A stretch of 64,000 bases of DNA from Felis catus (Eukaryota), in NCBI RefSeq assembly GCF_018350175.1, contig NC_058368.1, positions 33,358,001-33,422,000 on the forward strand, given 5' to 3'. The notes beneath the pieces were generated by a model, which worked only from the letters and a program-made list of their open reading frames with translations, was not told the DNA's origin and searched no databases. How positions within the stretch are numbered: the first letter of the stretch is position 1; each line of letters begins with the position of its first letter. Positions 27,014-38,604 of this stretch are shown piece by piece. A program made the position numbers and the translations under genes.

Positions 27014-27481
27014 GACATTTCTAATAAATTTTAACTTGATAAATGAGTGATGTCTTGACAAGTAGTACCTGATGCCAAATGTCACATGATCATGACTGAG
27101 CCAATGATTCTCTCTTGCTGTGGGATTGTGGGTGATCATCTCCCATGCTCGGATGCTTGGTCTCAGGCCATGGCATTTGGCAGAAATCAGTGATTTTTCA
27201 AAACATTGGAAGGTGCCCACAACTGGCACTGGTGTATTTTTTGTCACTTTAAAGTACCTATGGACAGTCCTTTGCTTTTTCAAACAAGAAGAAACTTAGG
27301 AATGCTTTACTTCATTCTAGGTCAAGCTGCCTATAGACAGCTGCCTATAGGTCAGCTGCCTCTAGGTCAAGCTGATATAGACCCTTTCCTCTGCTGCCAT
27401 GTTGCCAGTTACATTAAATACAGTATATGACAAGAGTTTATTAATTCTGTACTGTAGCTAACATCCGTGTGAGCATATACA

Positions 27482-29208
27482 ATGACCCCCTTGCAGAAAA
27501 AGGTTGAAAAGAAAGAAGGTAAGAAGAAGGAGATCATTATGGTGCAAGTTAAGAAGGACATCATCAGGAAGTACCAGTGAGATGTGCACGTGGATGAAAT
27601 TGCAAGATTGTATAAGAAGTCTACCATTTGTACAGTATTAAAGAAGAAAGAAGAAATAAGGGGACTGGATGCAGGAAAAGGAGTCAAAAGGATATCAAAG
27701 CAACACCCACGTGATCTGGAAGATGTAGAAAAGTTGCTTCTGGTTTGGATTAATGAGACACAACTAGCAGGTAATATCTGCTGGGAGGCAAAAGGCGTGG
27801 TACCCTGACCTCGTAAGTAAACTTCCAGGTATGTCAACAGAAAACAAAGAAGGCTTCAAGGCAAGCAGGGGATAGTTTGAGAACTTTAGAGGACAAGCAC
27901 ATTCATAGTGTTGTGAGGCATGGCGAGGCTGTAAGTTTGGGTAATAAGACAGCTGAGGCATTTGCTACTGAGTTCCAGAAGCTCATAGTTTCCAAGTGTT
28001 ACCTGCCAGAGTAAGTTTTTAACCGCGATGAGACAGGGCTTTTTTGGAAAAAGATGCGAAAGAGGAACTTCATTATAGAAGAAGAGAATGCAATACTCAG
28101 TCAGAAGCCCATGAAACACTGTCTCACCCTCTTGTTTTGTGCTAAGGCAAGCAGGGATTTCATTGTCAAGCCCCTGCTTGTGTATCATTCCCAGAACCCA
28201 CAAACCTTCAAGAAATGCAAGGTGAAGAAGAGCCATTTAAATGTTATGTGGAGGTCCAACACCAAGGCTTGGGTCACTCATTTCTTGTTCATTGAGTAGG
28301 TCAACAAGGTCTTCGGTCCTGCATTGAAGAAGTATCTTTTAGAAAAGGGTCCGCCACTCAAAGTCTTGCTGGTTATGGATAATTTTCTTGTTCATCCTCC
28401 AGGGTTTGAGGATGACTTACTGAAAGAATTTGAGTTCATTAAGGTCAAGTTCCTTCCTCCCAACACCACTCCAATCCTCCAGCCCATGGATCAACAGGTC
28501 ATTTCAAATTTTAAAAAGCTTTACACCAAAGAAATATTTCAGCGATGCTTTGAGGTGACTGAAGGAACTAACCCTACCCTCTGAGAGTTTTGGAAATATC
28601 ATTTCCACATTGTGAACTGCCTTAAGATCATCGATAAGGCCTTGGATATGGTCACCAAGAGAACCTTCCATTTTGCTTGGAGAAAACTGTGGCCTGATTG
28701 TGTTCTTGGACATGACTTAGAGAGGCTTGCTCATTAATAGGAGCTTCAAGTTTTTGATGAAATTGTGTCCTTGGGGAATACCCTGGGACTAGAGGTGAAT
28801 GACGTTGACATTTAAGAGCTGGTGAAGAGCATGGCCAGGAGCTGATCACCCACAAACTGATGGATCTGCATTGTGAGCAACAGCAAGAGGTTATGCAGGA
28901 GATCTCATTTGCAGAGAAGAAGAAAAGAAGAAGAGGAATCCCTCACTTAAAATGACAGTAGTGGGATGTACAAAATTTGGGAAACGGTGCAAAATTTTGT
29001 AGAATAGCACCACGGGCAGTGTGGGCAATGAATCTGTTTAAGGATAATGCAATGTCACATTTCCATGAAATTCTCAAAAGGAGGGCAAAAGCAAGGTTGG
29101 GTGGGTTCCTTGTTAAAGTTGCATGAAAAGAAAAAGATTCCATTGAGCCAATAGATAGCAGTGATTCAGTTAGTGGTTAGTGATAGTGAAAGTCATCCTA
29201 TACAATAA
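27482..29208 (+). pseudogene. Decayed Tigger/pogo transposase (CENP-B-type HTH plus DDE_1-type domain)
   Basis: ATG at 27482 (MTPLQKKVEKK...IARLYKKSTICTVLKKKEEI...EKLLLVWINE); motifs VFNRDETGLFWKKM, LLVMDN, FLPPNTTPILQPMDQQVISNFK, AWRKLWP; in-frame stops at 27578, 28297 and 28582, plus frameshifts; probable native TAA at 29206-29208. Confidence 0.95.
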
Positions 29209-31204
29209 CCCTCCTCTCTCTTGTCTCCTTCACACCAGCCATGAAGGTTTTCAAAAGTAAGTTCAGGTTACTTTGTTTATTTTTCTTTATATTTTGTATT
29301 TTCTTCATTATTTTGTATTATATTACAGTATTATAATAATTTTTATGTGAATATCTTTGGATTGTGGAATGAATCATCTGAGTTTTCATTATTATTTATG
29401 GGGACATTCACTTTGATGTACAAGTACTTTGGATTACGAGAGTGTTTCCAGAAAAGTTATGCTCCCAAACCAAGGTTTTACTGTAGTTTTATTTCTGCAT
29501 TCTAAATTCTATTCCATTGAGCTATATGACTATAGTTGTTATAGTACTACATAGTCTTGTGACTAAGGGAACCAGTGTTTTGTTTTCCTTTGTTTCCAGT
29601 TAGAATGCTGACCTTGTCAAAAAGAGGTGTTTTTGTTTGTTTGTTTGTTTGTTTTTTACATTTAACTAAAAATGTTTGGCATCAAGTCTTTAAAGGGGGA
29701 ATCTGGTCAGAATAGCCCTCTACCTATCACACTGGCAAAAGCAATTGTGATATGGGGAAGATTTAATTAGCATATGCTTCTAGAAATTGGGCTTGAACTA
29801 TTTCCTGGTTTATATTCCCGATGTTGACAGCATCATGAATCAATAAAAATCTTTGAAGATTCATGAGACAAATTTCCACAGATTATGATGTCCAAAGAAG
29901 TTTAGATGTTGTGGGAATGTAGAGAAACAGCACATAAAAGGGGCTGGAGAAAAAAATGAAATCAAATAATAATTAACTAGAGTGATTGGTTTCTGTTCTG
30001 AATTTCAAAGATTAGTGCTGGTGTTGTTGGTTCTAATTATTGTTTTAAAATAGGTTAGAATGGAAGAGTCACTCAAGTAAGGTGAACAGGGTTGGCAAAG
30101 TCAAAATATGTAATATGCAATTGGCAGAAACTGTATAAACTGGTAATGAAATGTCTGCTTTACTTCTAGGTATTTAAACTAGTAGCCAATTTAGCCTCTT
30201 GATAGAAGACCAAGTGAAAATTTCCAAAACATGTACCAGGAAATACTGAAGAAATTATGCATGTTGAGTCTTTAAGGAATTTGTTGAGGAGTATTTAAAT
30301 ACTAAGATGAAGCGTTCTAAGTCAGTTGAATAATTTATATTTTATTGCTTTTGGTAACATTGTGAATTAATACCACATAGTGGTTTTAGAGATATACAAT
30401 CAAACCTGAAGCTGCTGGCTGTTTATGCTTTAGATTTCCAGAAGAAAAGTGAAATAAAAAGTATGATTGCTTAGAGGTATTCTGCCCATAAAATGTGACG
30501 TGGAGAAATAAGGATTTTTCTTCATCTTGAATTAAATTTGAGTTGCAGGGCTTACACAGGGTGTACATTTAAACATTTCAAATATTTTTTAAAAAACTAG
30601 GGAAGTAAGCATAATAGAAAATGCAAAAATTGATGCTTTTTAAAAATGCATAAATTTACAATGAAAAGAGCATAATGGACCTTTCTACACAAGATCTTAC
30701 TCATTTGCTGTTTCTGTTTCTGTGCAGATTTGTCTGTGTGAACTTTGAAAATTAATACAGTCATACATAAGGAAAAAAAATCAATGCTACATGTCAGCTT
30801 GTATATATTATAGCTGAACTTAGAGAAAAAGAAAAGATATCCTATATTTCTATGCTATTTTTGAAGACTTTAGCTCTTGAAATATTGTATAATTTAAGCT
30901 GTCTTTCTAATGGGAAATATTTATTCTTTAGCCATCATTTAAGATTTGAAACCAACCAAATGACAATGCCCTTTTAAATCTAATGACCACATTAAATTTT
31001 ATAATTTTACCTCATCATGGAATAACTGTAAAATCTTATAATAAAAAGGCTTATAATATTGCCATATGATAATATTGCCTTGTAATAATAATGGTTGCAA
31101 CTGATAAGGTATTGTTTATTTAAAAAGGTTGTTTTAGTTTATTTCTACAATTTTTTTCTTATTACTTAGTTATCCCATATATATATGAATGGGAACATAG
31201 CATG

Positions 31205-31350
31205 GAGGAAAACTACCATTTCCTGAGTGTTAATATGCTTCTTGTGTTATGCTAAATCTTTCACCAAAATGATCACATTTAATCTTAACTCTGTACCCTG
31301 TGAGGTCGGTGTTTTGCCTTATGGAAGGAAGAATATGTAGCTTACAGAAA
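31205..31350 (-). mobile_element. MIR fragment
   Basis: aactaccatttcctgagtgttaatatg...atcacatttaatctt...ccctgtgaggt. Confidence 0.5.
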
Positions 31351-31639
31351 AGCTTTTCCTTTCTTAAATGAGCCATAAGGCTGTTCTCAAGTCCAAGAAG
31401 AGGGATAGATATTCACAGATTCCAGAGAAATTCATCTGAAAAGGAAGAAATCAGTAGATTGAGTCCAAAACCTTCATTGTTGGGACAATTTTCCATATCA
31501 TGTGAGCAAGAGCAAAGGCTTTCTAAAATTTTGTGCCAGGCTGTATTTTCAAGACTTTCGTATCATGAACAGTGTAAACTTGTAGAGTTTAGTGTGAGAG
31601 TTCTAGTTCCGCCACAATCTGACTAATTCTGATGCTGTC

Positions 31640-32900
31640 AGTTGTTATTTTTTGTGCCAGACTTTCTGATTGGGGTGGAGAGATATGTCCCTGTGGTTTT
31701 CATATTCGTTCTCCTAAATGATTAACCATTTGACCATTAACCATTTGATCATTAACCATTAACCATTTGAACACATCTTTCTATGTGTTCAAATGTGCTT
31801 GTTGGTATGCAGGATATCCTCTGTAAAATTTGTATTTTTTGACACTTTTAAAGAAGATTGTCCATCTTTTTGAATAGATTTAAGTGTAATTTACATATAT
31901 GTGTAATAATCCTAGTCAAATAGATGCACAGTGAATATATTCTCCCTTTCCATGGCTGTCCTTTCACTATTTTAATGAGTGGAAGATCATAAATTAGGGA
32001 AATCCATTTTATGAAACTCTGTCACTTAATCCAGTATCGTGTGCTGGATTAAAAGAAAGTTACTTTGACTCCTGTAGTATCATAAACATAGCCTCCAAAT
32101 TGTTCTCTACATTATGGTTTCACCTTGCAACAAATTCAACTTGCTTGTGATATTTTTTTCTCAATATATTTTTATATAATATTTTTAGTATTTTATCTGT
32201 TTTCATGACACAGGTTAGGTGACATTATCCTTTTTTTTAAACATCCTTGGGGCGCCTGGGTGGCGCAGTCGGTTAAGCGTCCAACTTCAGCAAGTCACGA
32301 TCTCGCGTTTTGGGAGTTCGAGCCCCGCATCAGGCTCTGGGCGGATGGCTCAGAGCCTGCAGCCTGCTTCTGATTCTGTGTCTCCCTCTCTCTCTGCCCC
32401 TTCCCCGTTCATGCTCTGTCTCTCTCTGTCCCAAAAATAAATAAACGTTGAAAAAAAAAATTTAAACATCCTTGACCTATTTATGTAAAAATATACATGC
32501 TTCATACACTGTGCTGGGAAGTGTTTATTTTTTCTATACCATAAGAGAATTTACATAAACCTCAGTGATTTTTTTTTTGTATGTTTGGAGAATTCACAGG
32601 TGAAATCATCTAAGCCTAGAATTTTCTTCTTGAAAAAGTTTTTACATTTGAATTCAATTTCTTAATAAATATAAGAAGGTTCGTATATTTGTTTCTTATA
32701 GAAGTTTTTATTTGTGGTATTTTTCAAACAATTCCTCATTAAACTAAATTATAGTACAACAAATGTGTTGACAAATTTTTAAAGTAACATACTCCCTGGT
32801 CTTTTCATATTACTATAAAGATCTATAGCCATGCCCCTTTAGATTTCATTTGGCAATTGTGGCCTTGTCTCATTTTTTTCCCTTTAAAATATTGCTAGTT
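31640..32900 (-). mobile_element. Ancient L1M (L1ME-like) fragments
   Basis: Diverged antisense L1 motifs: tttctgattggggtggag...gtggttttcatatt; gagaattcacaggtgaaatcatctaagcctaga. Confidence 0.55.
32249..32460 (+). mobile_element. Young felid SINEC_Fc-type CanSINE
   Basis: ggggcgcctgggtggcgcagtcgg head; perfect TSD tttaaacatcctt at 32236-32248 and 32461-32473. Confidence 0.97.
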
Positions 32901-32964
32901 TTACTACTTTTAATTAGTTTTGGTGAACACTCTTAAAAACACTGTTAAATTCAAAAAGTTAGGA

Positions 32965-33205
32965 CAGATTCCCCCAGCTCCTGAGATTACGGCTGCGAGA
33001 CAGAGCTGGGCTGTCAACCATTATTGGCAATTGCCTTAACAGCAGAGTACCACTTCATCCACAGTCCCCAGTCTTTCCAGAACAGCTCAGTCCAATGAAT
33101 GATCAATACAAAAGTATTAACACACCCCCCAACAAGACAACTGCAGGCAATTTTCCAGGGTGTTTTAATTCCACAGTTCCCTATGGTTTCAGCTGAGACC
33201 ATTTT
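32965..33205 (+). mobile_element. ERVL LTR16-like LTR fragment
   Basis: Ordered motifs ccccagctcctgag...gacag...gctgtca...aattgcct...tccaatgaatgatcaat...gtatt...gacaact...ttccacagttccctatgg...gctgag, as recalled for LTR16. Confidence 0.6.
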
Positions 33206-33349
33206 GGGATGTAGGGGTGTCTGTGCGGGACCTAGTGGGCTAGAACTTAATTTAGATAATAAAAAAAGTTATATGTACATCCATTTCCTTATATGCATGC
33301 TTTCACAAGAAAAATTATAAAAATTATATGAAAACATTATAGGATTAAG

Positions 33350-33790
33350 TATAGAATCATGGAAGAACCAATGGCACAAACTGAGGTCAAAATTAAAAAT
33401 GTAGTAGATATTAGAAGAAGGGATGGAAAGGCTCAGAGAAATGGATATGCTGAGTGGATTCTCTAAGACCAGTAAACCTAGCATCAGACTTTATTCCTGA
33501 AATGACATACCTATGAGTTACCAAATCAACAGGAATGTACTGCTGATGGGCCACCAGCATCATTATGAAGTTCTCATGGTGCCTCAGCTCTGTAGGGTAG
33601 GGTTAATGGTTGGAGATGTCATTAGAGTTTGGGCTCCTTAATAGAGATGTGGTCATTGTAATAGAGTAGTAGTAACACTGATAGTAACAGAGATAGAAAC
33701 TGCATGCTGTAGACACTAGGATGTATCATTTAAATCAGAAACCAAGTGGGCATACAAGGTAATAAGCATAGTAGAGCCTTTTACAATCAC
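33350..33790 (+). mobile_element. ERVL-class internal (gag) remnant
   Basis: From 33414 reads EEGMERLREMDML/(E)WI; later GPPASL*SS/MVPQLCRVGLMVGDVI, resembling ERV-L gag EEGIQRLREIGMLEWI...GAPASLKSSV. Confidence 0.65.
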
Positions 33791-33794
33791 TTAG

Positions 33795-34330
33795 CCTCTC
33801 TTCTGTATTTTCCTTTCTTTTGCATTTCAAACTGGATATTCTCTACTGACTATTGTCCAGTTCAGTTATCCCCTCTTCCTTTATTTCTAATATTCTTTCA
33901 AAGTTTGTCTTAATGTATGCATTTTAATCATTTTATTTTTCAGTTTTAGAATTTCCACTTGGTTCTTTGTCTCTGATAATTCTTTTCTTTGATTTTATTC
34001 AATATTTTAATACTGGCTGTTTTAAAATGTGTGTCTTAAAACTACAACTTACGAAAGCCTCTAGGTCTGTTTCTGTTGCATCTTTTCTCCCATTGAATCT
34101 CAGTCATAGGATCCGGTGTCCTGGCATGGCTGAACTAATTCAATGTGCGTGTGGTGTGTGAAAACTTACAGAATTTGGGGGGGGGGGGGAGTATCATTTT
34201 TCTCCTTTCATTTTTCTTTGTCAGGTAATTAGAGTATAGACAGACACGTTTGATCCAATCAACACTGGATTTCAGACTTTGGAAAGTTACATTATTTCTG
34301 GTTTGCCTTAATTCTTTGGACACAGAACTT
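33795..34330 (-). mobile_element. Ancient L1M fragment (ORF1-side)
   Basis: T-rich antisense L1 motifs such as ttttcagttttagaatttccacttggttcttt. Confidence 0.5.
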
Positions 34331-36267
34331 TAGCAGTAACATTGGAAAGTGTGTAGTTTTACTAGAGCCTCACTCCCTGGCATGCCCTTATCTGTTTTGA
34401 CTTCCCTGACTGTGGGACTTCCAAAATTTTATCTTAGTTTTTTAGTACCGTAGCAATTGCTTTTGATACTGTGTTTCTGCCTCTAACTTGGTACGTGACA
34501 GCTTAGGTCTCAGCAAAAATTTTGAAAACCAATTGCATACATAATGTCTAATGCATATTTCTGAGGTCTCTTTCTCAGGATTTAACCTCTTAAATTTTGA
34601 CTGACTCAGTAGCCTTGATGTAAGCATTTTGCCAGGTTTGTTAAAGTAGCGGGCTACAATTTTTAGGTTGGTGTTTTCTTGTCAGACCTCCATGCCCTAC
34701 ACTGTGAATGGGTAAATGCCTTCATTGGGAGGAAGAGGGGAAAAAAGCAATGGTAAAAGTAGGGCTGAATTCAACAGATTTTTCACCAAGATCTTTGTCC
34801 GTAAAGTCATAACAGTCCTAGTGTATCTGCAGTCCCTTTCCAATTTTTGTAGTTCCTCATTGTGGAAGAATTCCATCAGAGTTAGAGGAGATATGTCAAA
34901 ATTCAAATGTTTCTTGAAATGTCAATCTTTCTTTATAGTTCCTCCATTTCCAGGAATATTTCATTTCTCACTTCCCTCAACTCTTCATAGCATTTCCCAC
35001 ATTTTCTTCAAAATAGTAATCTGTCTTCCCCAGTTTTCCTCTTCCTACCCAATCCCTTCTTACTGTGGCATTCTTGTGGAATGCTGATATTGAACATACC
35101 TCTTGCCTCATACTTGAATGAATCATTGCTGGTGTTATTGAAATGAAGCTGTTCTGTTTCAGGAAGTGTATTTATTCCCCTGATACATTTTTTCACCCAT
35201 ATTATAGATGAAAAGTTAAACTGTCATCAGTAGTTTAATTGTTCCTGTCTAGTTGCTCTCTAGAATAATTTGAGTATTTGTTTATTCTAGATGCTATACT
35301 TACACAAAGATCCAGTTATACCCATTTAGCATAAAAAAATAAAACAGCAGTTCTCAAGCTTTAGTATCCATATTTTATAATTTTGAATTTTTCATATTTT
35401 AAGAAAAAAATTCATGTTATATGTTACATAAAGGGTTTATTACTTTCATTGTTGGGAACCATGCCAGTGAATCAGAGACTTAAACTCTCCCCACAAATAA
35501 TTCCTTTTATCATGATCATATTAGCATCTTAAAAATATATTAATACAAATTTAATTATGAATATTTTCATGTTTTCAAATGTAAATGATTGACAGGTACC
35601 TTTTTGAGAATAAAAACAGTTTATTCTCTCATACATATGCTACATAATAAACATTTTAAGAAAAGTGAGACATTTGTCTTCCCGTTTTTGTTAATTTTTC
35701 CCTAGGATGTCACTGTAGACACATGGATGCTTTTTTATTTCTTTTGAAAAAGAAGATAAACAATTGTCATTCTTGCTTCTTTGTTGTGGATGTTATCTTT
35801 GATAGGAAGAATCCCCAAGTGTCCGGGACTTCAGTAACTTGAGTCTAGGCTTCAGACTTATGAAATGACATTCCATATGACTTTTGGCTAACATAATCTT
35901 AAAAGTTTCAGGAAAACTTCCTAAATGAGGCCAAATATAAGCTAAGGTCTGAAGAATGAACAGAGTACCTGAGGAAAAGAGTTAGCCATCTTTCAGGAAT
36001 ATTTATCAGGTCCCAAAAGGCAAGAGATAATGAAGAGTTTTGGTAACTGTGTTTATATTTGATTTACTACTTGATTTTTCTACACAACGCCCGTTAGTCC
36101 TTCAGCCATTCCAATACACAGATAAAAATGACTTGCATGCCCATATATATAACATATAGGCTACCTTGTAAATGTTTGTGGAGAGTTCATGTGGTTTTGT
36201 CTCTTGCCGTAAGTTTGATTTGTGACCATTTCTGCTTTATTATTCCACTTAGAAGTAAATGTGAATT

Positions 36268-36484
36268 GGGACGCCTGGTTGGCTCGGTTGGCTCATCCGA
36301 CTTTGGCTCAGGTCATGGTCTTGTAGTCTGTGGGTTCGAGCCTCATTTCGGGCTCTGTGTGGACAGCTCAGAGCCTGGAGCCTGTTTCAGATTCTGTGTC
36401 TCCCTCTCTCTCTGCCCCTCACCTGCTCACTCTTTGTCTCTCTGTCTCTGAAAAATGAATAATCCTTAAAAAAATTAAAAAAAA
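36268..36484 (+). mobile_element. CanSINE (SINEC_Fc-like)
   Basis: Flanked by taaatgtgaattg TSD. Confidence 0.95.
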
Positions 36485-37087
36485 TAAATGTGAATTGAAA
36501 AACACATTAATTACAGTACCAAGTATTATGACAAACCTCTTGAAGGTAAAGATTATTTCTTCAACACTGCAGGTTGTTATGTTTTATATTATGCAATGTC
36601 TTCCTCAATTCCAAAAATAATTAGTATGGGATACCTAAGCCATGGACAACATGCTATACATTGAACAATATCTTGAGGGGAAACAATTAATTGGATCCTC
36701 ACTCCATTTTTCTTAAGTGTAATACAAAGGAACTACTGAGGTAAGGAAACTGTTTATATCAGAAGCAGAAATGGATAGGCTATAAGGACAAGAGTCATTA
36801 AAGTAGTGTGGGTCAGAAGAGATTGGTGTAGAGTTGTACTCATGAGGTCTCTTGGAAACTTTAAATTATAAGAAAGTAGAAATTACAAGTTAAAAGAAGA
36901 TAAAGTATGGAGAAAATTTACATAAAATATAAAAAGTAGAGACAGAAAATTGGGCACACACCCAAAATGAGGCAGAGATATCATGAGAGAGAGAAAGAGT
37001 TCCATAAGAAAAAGAATCAATTTCTAAATCTTCTTCATCTCCCTTTTATTGAAATTTTCCTGAAATAGTCTATATTAGATGTTATAT

Positions 37088-37323
37088 ATTATTTTATTTT
37101 TATTTTTTATTTGTTTTTTTAACGTTTATTTATTTTTGAGACAGAGAGAGACAGAGCATGAACGGGGGAGGGTCAGAGAGAGAGGGAGACACAGAATCTG
37201 AAACAGGCTCCAGGCTCTGAGCAGTCAGCACAGAGCCCGACGCGGGGCTCGAACTCACATACCTCGAGATCGTGACCTGAGCCGAAGTCGGACGCTTAAC
37301 CGACTGAGCCACCCAGGCACCCC
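37088..37323 (-). mobile_element. Young CanSINE (SINEC_Fc-like)
   Basis: CpG-rich; TSD tagatgttatat at 37076-37087 and 37324-37335. Confidence 0.96.
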
Positions 37324-38138
37324 TAGATGTTATATTTTAAACTATGACATTAATTTAATTATTTTCGGGATTTTTGTGTTAGGATGCTGAGGAAGTGTAA
37401 CTGCATGTCTTTTTCCAACTCTCCATCAAGAGAGATGTTTCCATATCTGTGTGTCATAGTAATTCATGACTGGACTTCTATTGCCCTTAGAGTGCATGAC
37501 TATATTTTCTGAAATAAGGAATCACATTACTTAAAAGAGTTTGCATGAAAACATTCTGACTTTAATAATACTTCCCAGTAGGACATAATATAACTGTTCC
37601 TTTACAGAGGATTTAAAACTTAGTAGGCACAACAGCACCATCCTTGAAATTCAGAAACAATTTTAAATACTAAGAAACTTTAACAGAGAAATGTCTAGGA
37701 ACATATCCCATAGTTTGCCAAAAAAAAAATACAGTAGAATCCAATATTTATTGATTACTGGCTCACATTAGCATTAAACTACTGTGTTAGTGTAGAGGAC
37801 ATCACACTTAGTCCAGGCAGAAGGATAAAGGCTTTTATAAAAGGATAGAATTGGCAAATATATCTTCTTATGGAAGAAACTCTCTAAAAATAACCCCAGC
37901 TTTAGTTATAAGGAACAGATAATTTTAAAAAATAATAGATGAGCCACAAAAAATATATGTAGAAAAGCACAAAAGACAAACAAGGACATGCATGTAAACA
38001 CCTATAACATGAGTCCAGAGAAAAATCAGTTGTGACCAGTGTGTTAAACATTTTCATCAGCGTAATACTAATTTAGAAACAAAGATCTAACACATCTTAC
38101 AATTCTACCAAGATATTCTTAGAAACCCATAAAATTCT

Positions 38139-38344
38139 GGGGTGCCTGGGTGGCTCTGTCTGTTAAGTGCCTGACTTCGTCTCGGGTTATGATCTCACGG
38201 TCCGTGAGTTCGAGCCCCGCGTCAGACTCTGTGCTGACAGCTCAGATTCTGTGTCTCCCTCTCTCTCTCCCCCTCGCCCACTCTTGCTGTCTGTGTCTCT
38301 CTCAAAAATAAATAAAGATTTAAACAAATCTTAAAAAAAAAAAA
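38139..38344 (+). mobile_element. CanSINE (SINEC_Fc-like) with short internal deletion
   Basis: gacagctcaga joined directly to ttctgtgtctccc; A-tail. Confidence 0.93.
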
Positions 38345-38604
38345 CCCTAAGATTTCAAATCTACTTTTGTTGCCTAATGCCATGTAAATGGGAAACTTAG
38401 TTACGAGCCAGACTGCAAAAACTTCTTGAACTTGTGTTCCTCCTTCCTACTCTCAAAATAAACGTTTTCTATGCTCTTTAGGGCAGTGTATGCCTTACTT
38501 TCTAAATATCTCCACTATAATCACTGCAAACTTTCCTTAATATGATGTCAAAATATCAGAAGACCAGTTGGAATGTGTGTGTGTGTCTGTCTGTCTGTCT
38601 TTTG

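Larger units (their letters stand above)
26748..29483 (+). mobile_element. Near-full-length fossil Tigger (pogo-like) DNA transposon
   Basis: TA at 26746-47 and 29484-85; TIRs CAATAAAACCTTGGATTGCAAG and reverse complement CAGTAAAACCTTGGTTTGGGAG (18/22 match); internal transposase remnant. Confidence 0.95.

Noticed and set aside
26831..27837. 150-aa and 142-aa - strand ORFs
   Set aside because: Antisense to Tigger and SINE sequence; chance open frames.
27482..29208. Domesticated TIGD-like gene
   Set aside because: Multiple in-frame stops and frameshifts with TIRs retained; this is a neutrally decaying transposon copy.
32953..33271. Short processed retrocopy (aaaaagtta direct repeats, AATAAA plus A-run, 77-codon open frame)
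   Set aside because: The interior fits an LTR16-like LTR followed by ERVL internal sequence; a 9-bp A-rich repeat is easily explained by chance.
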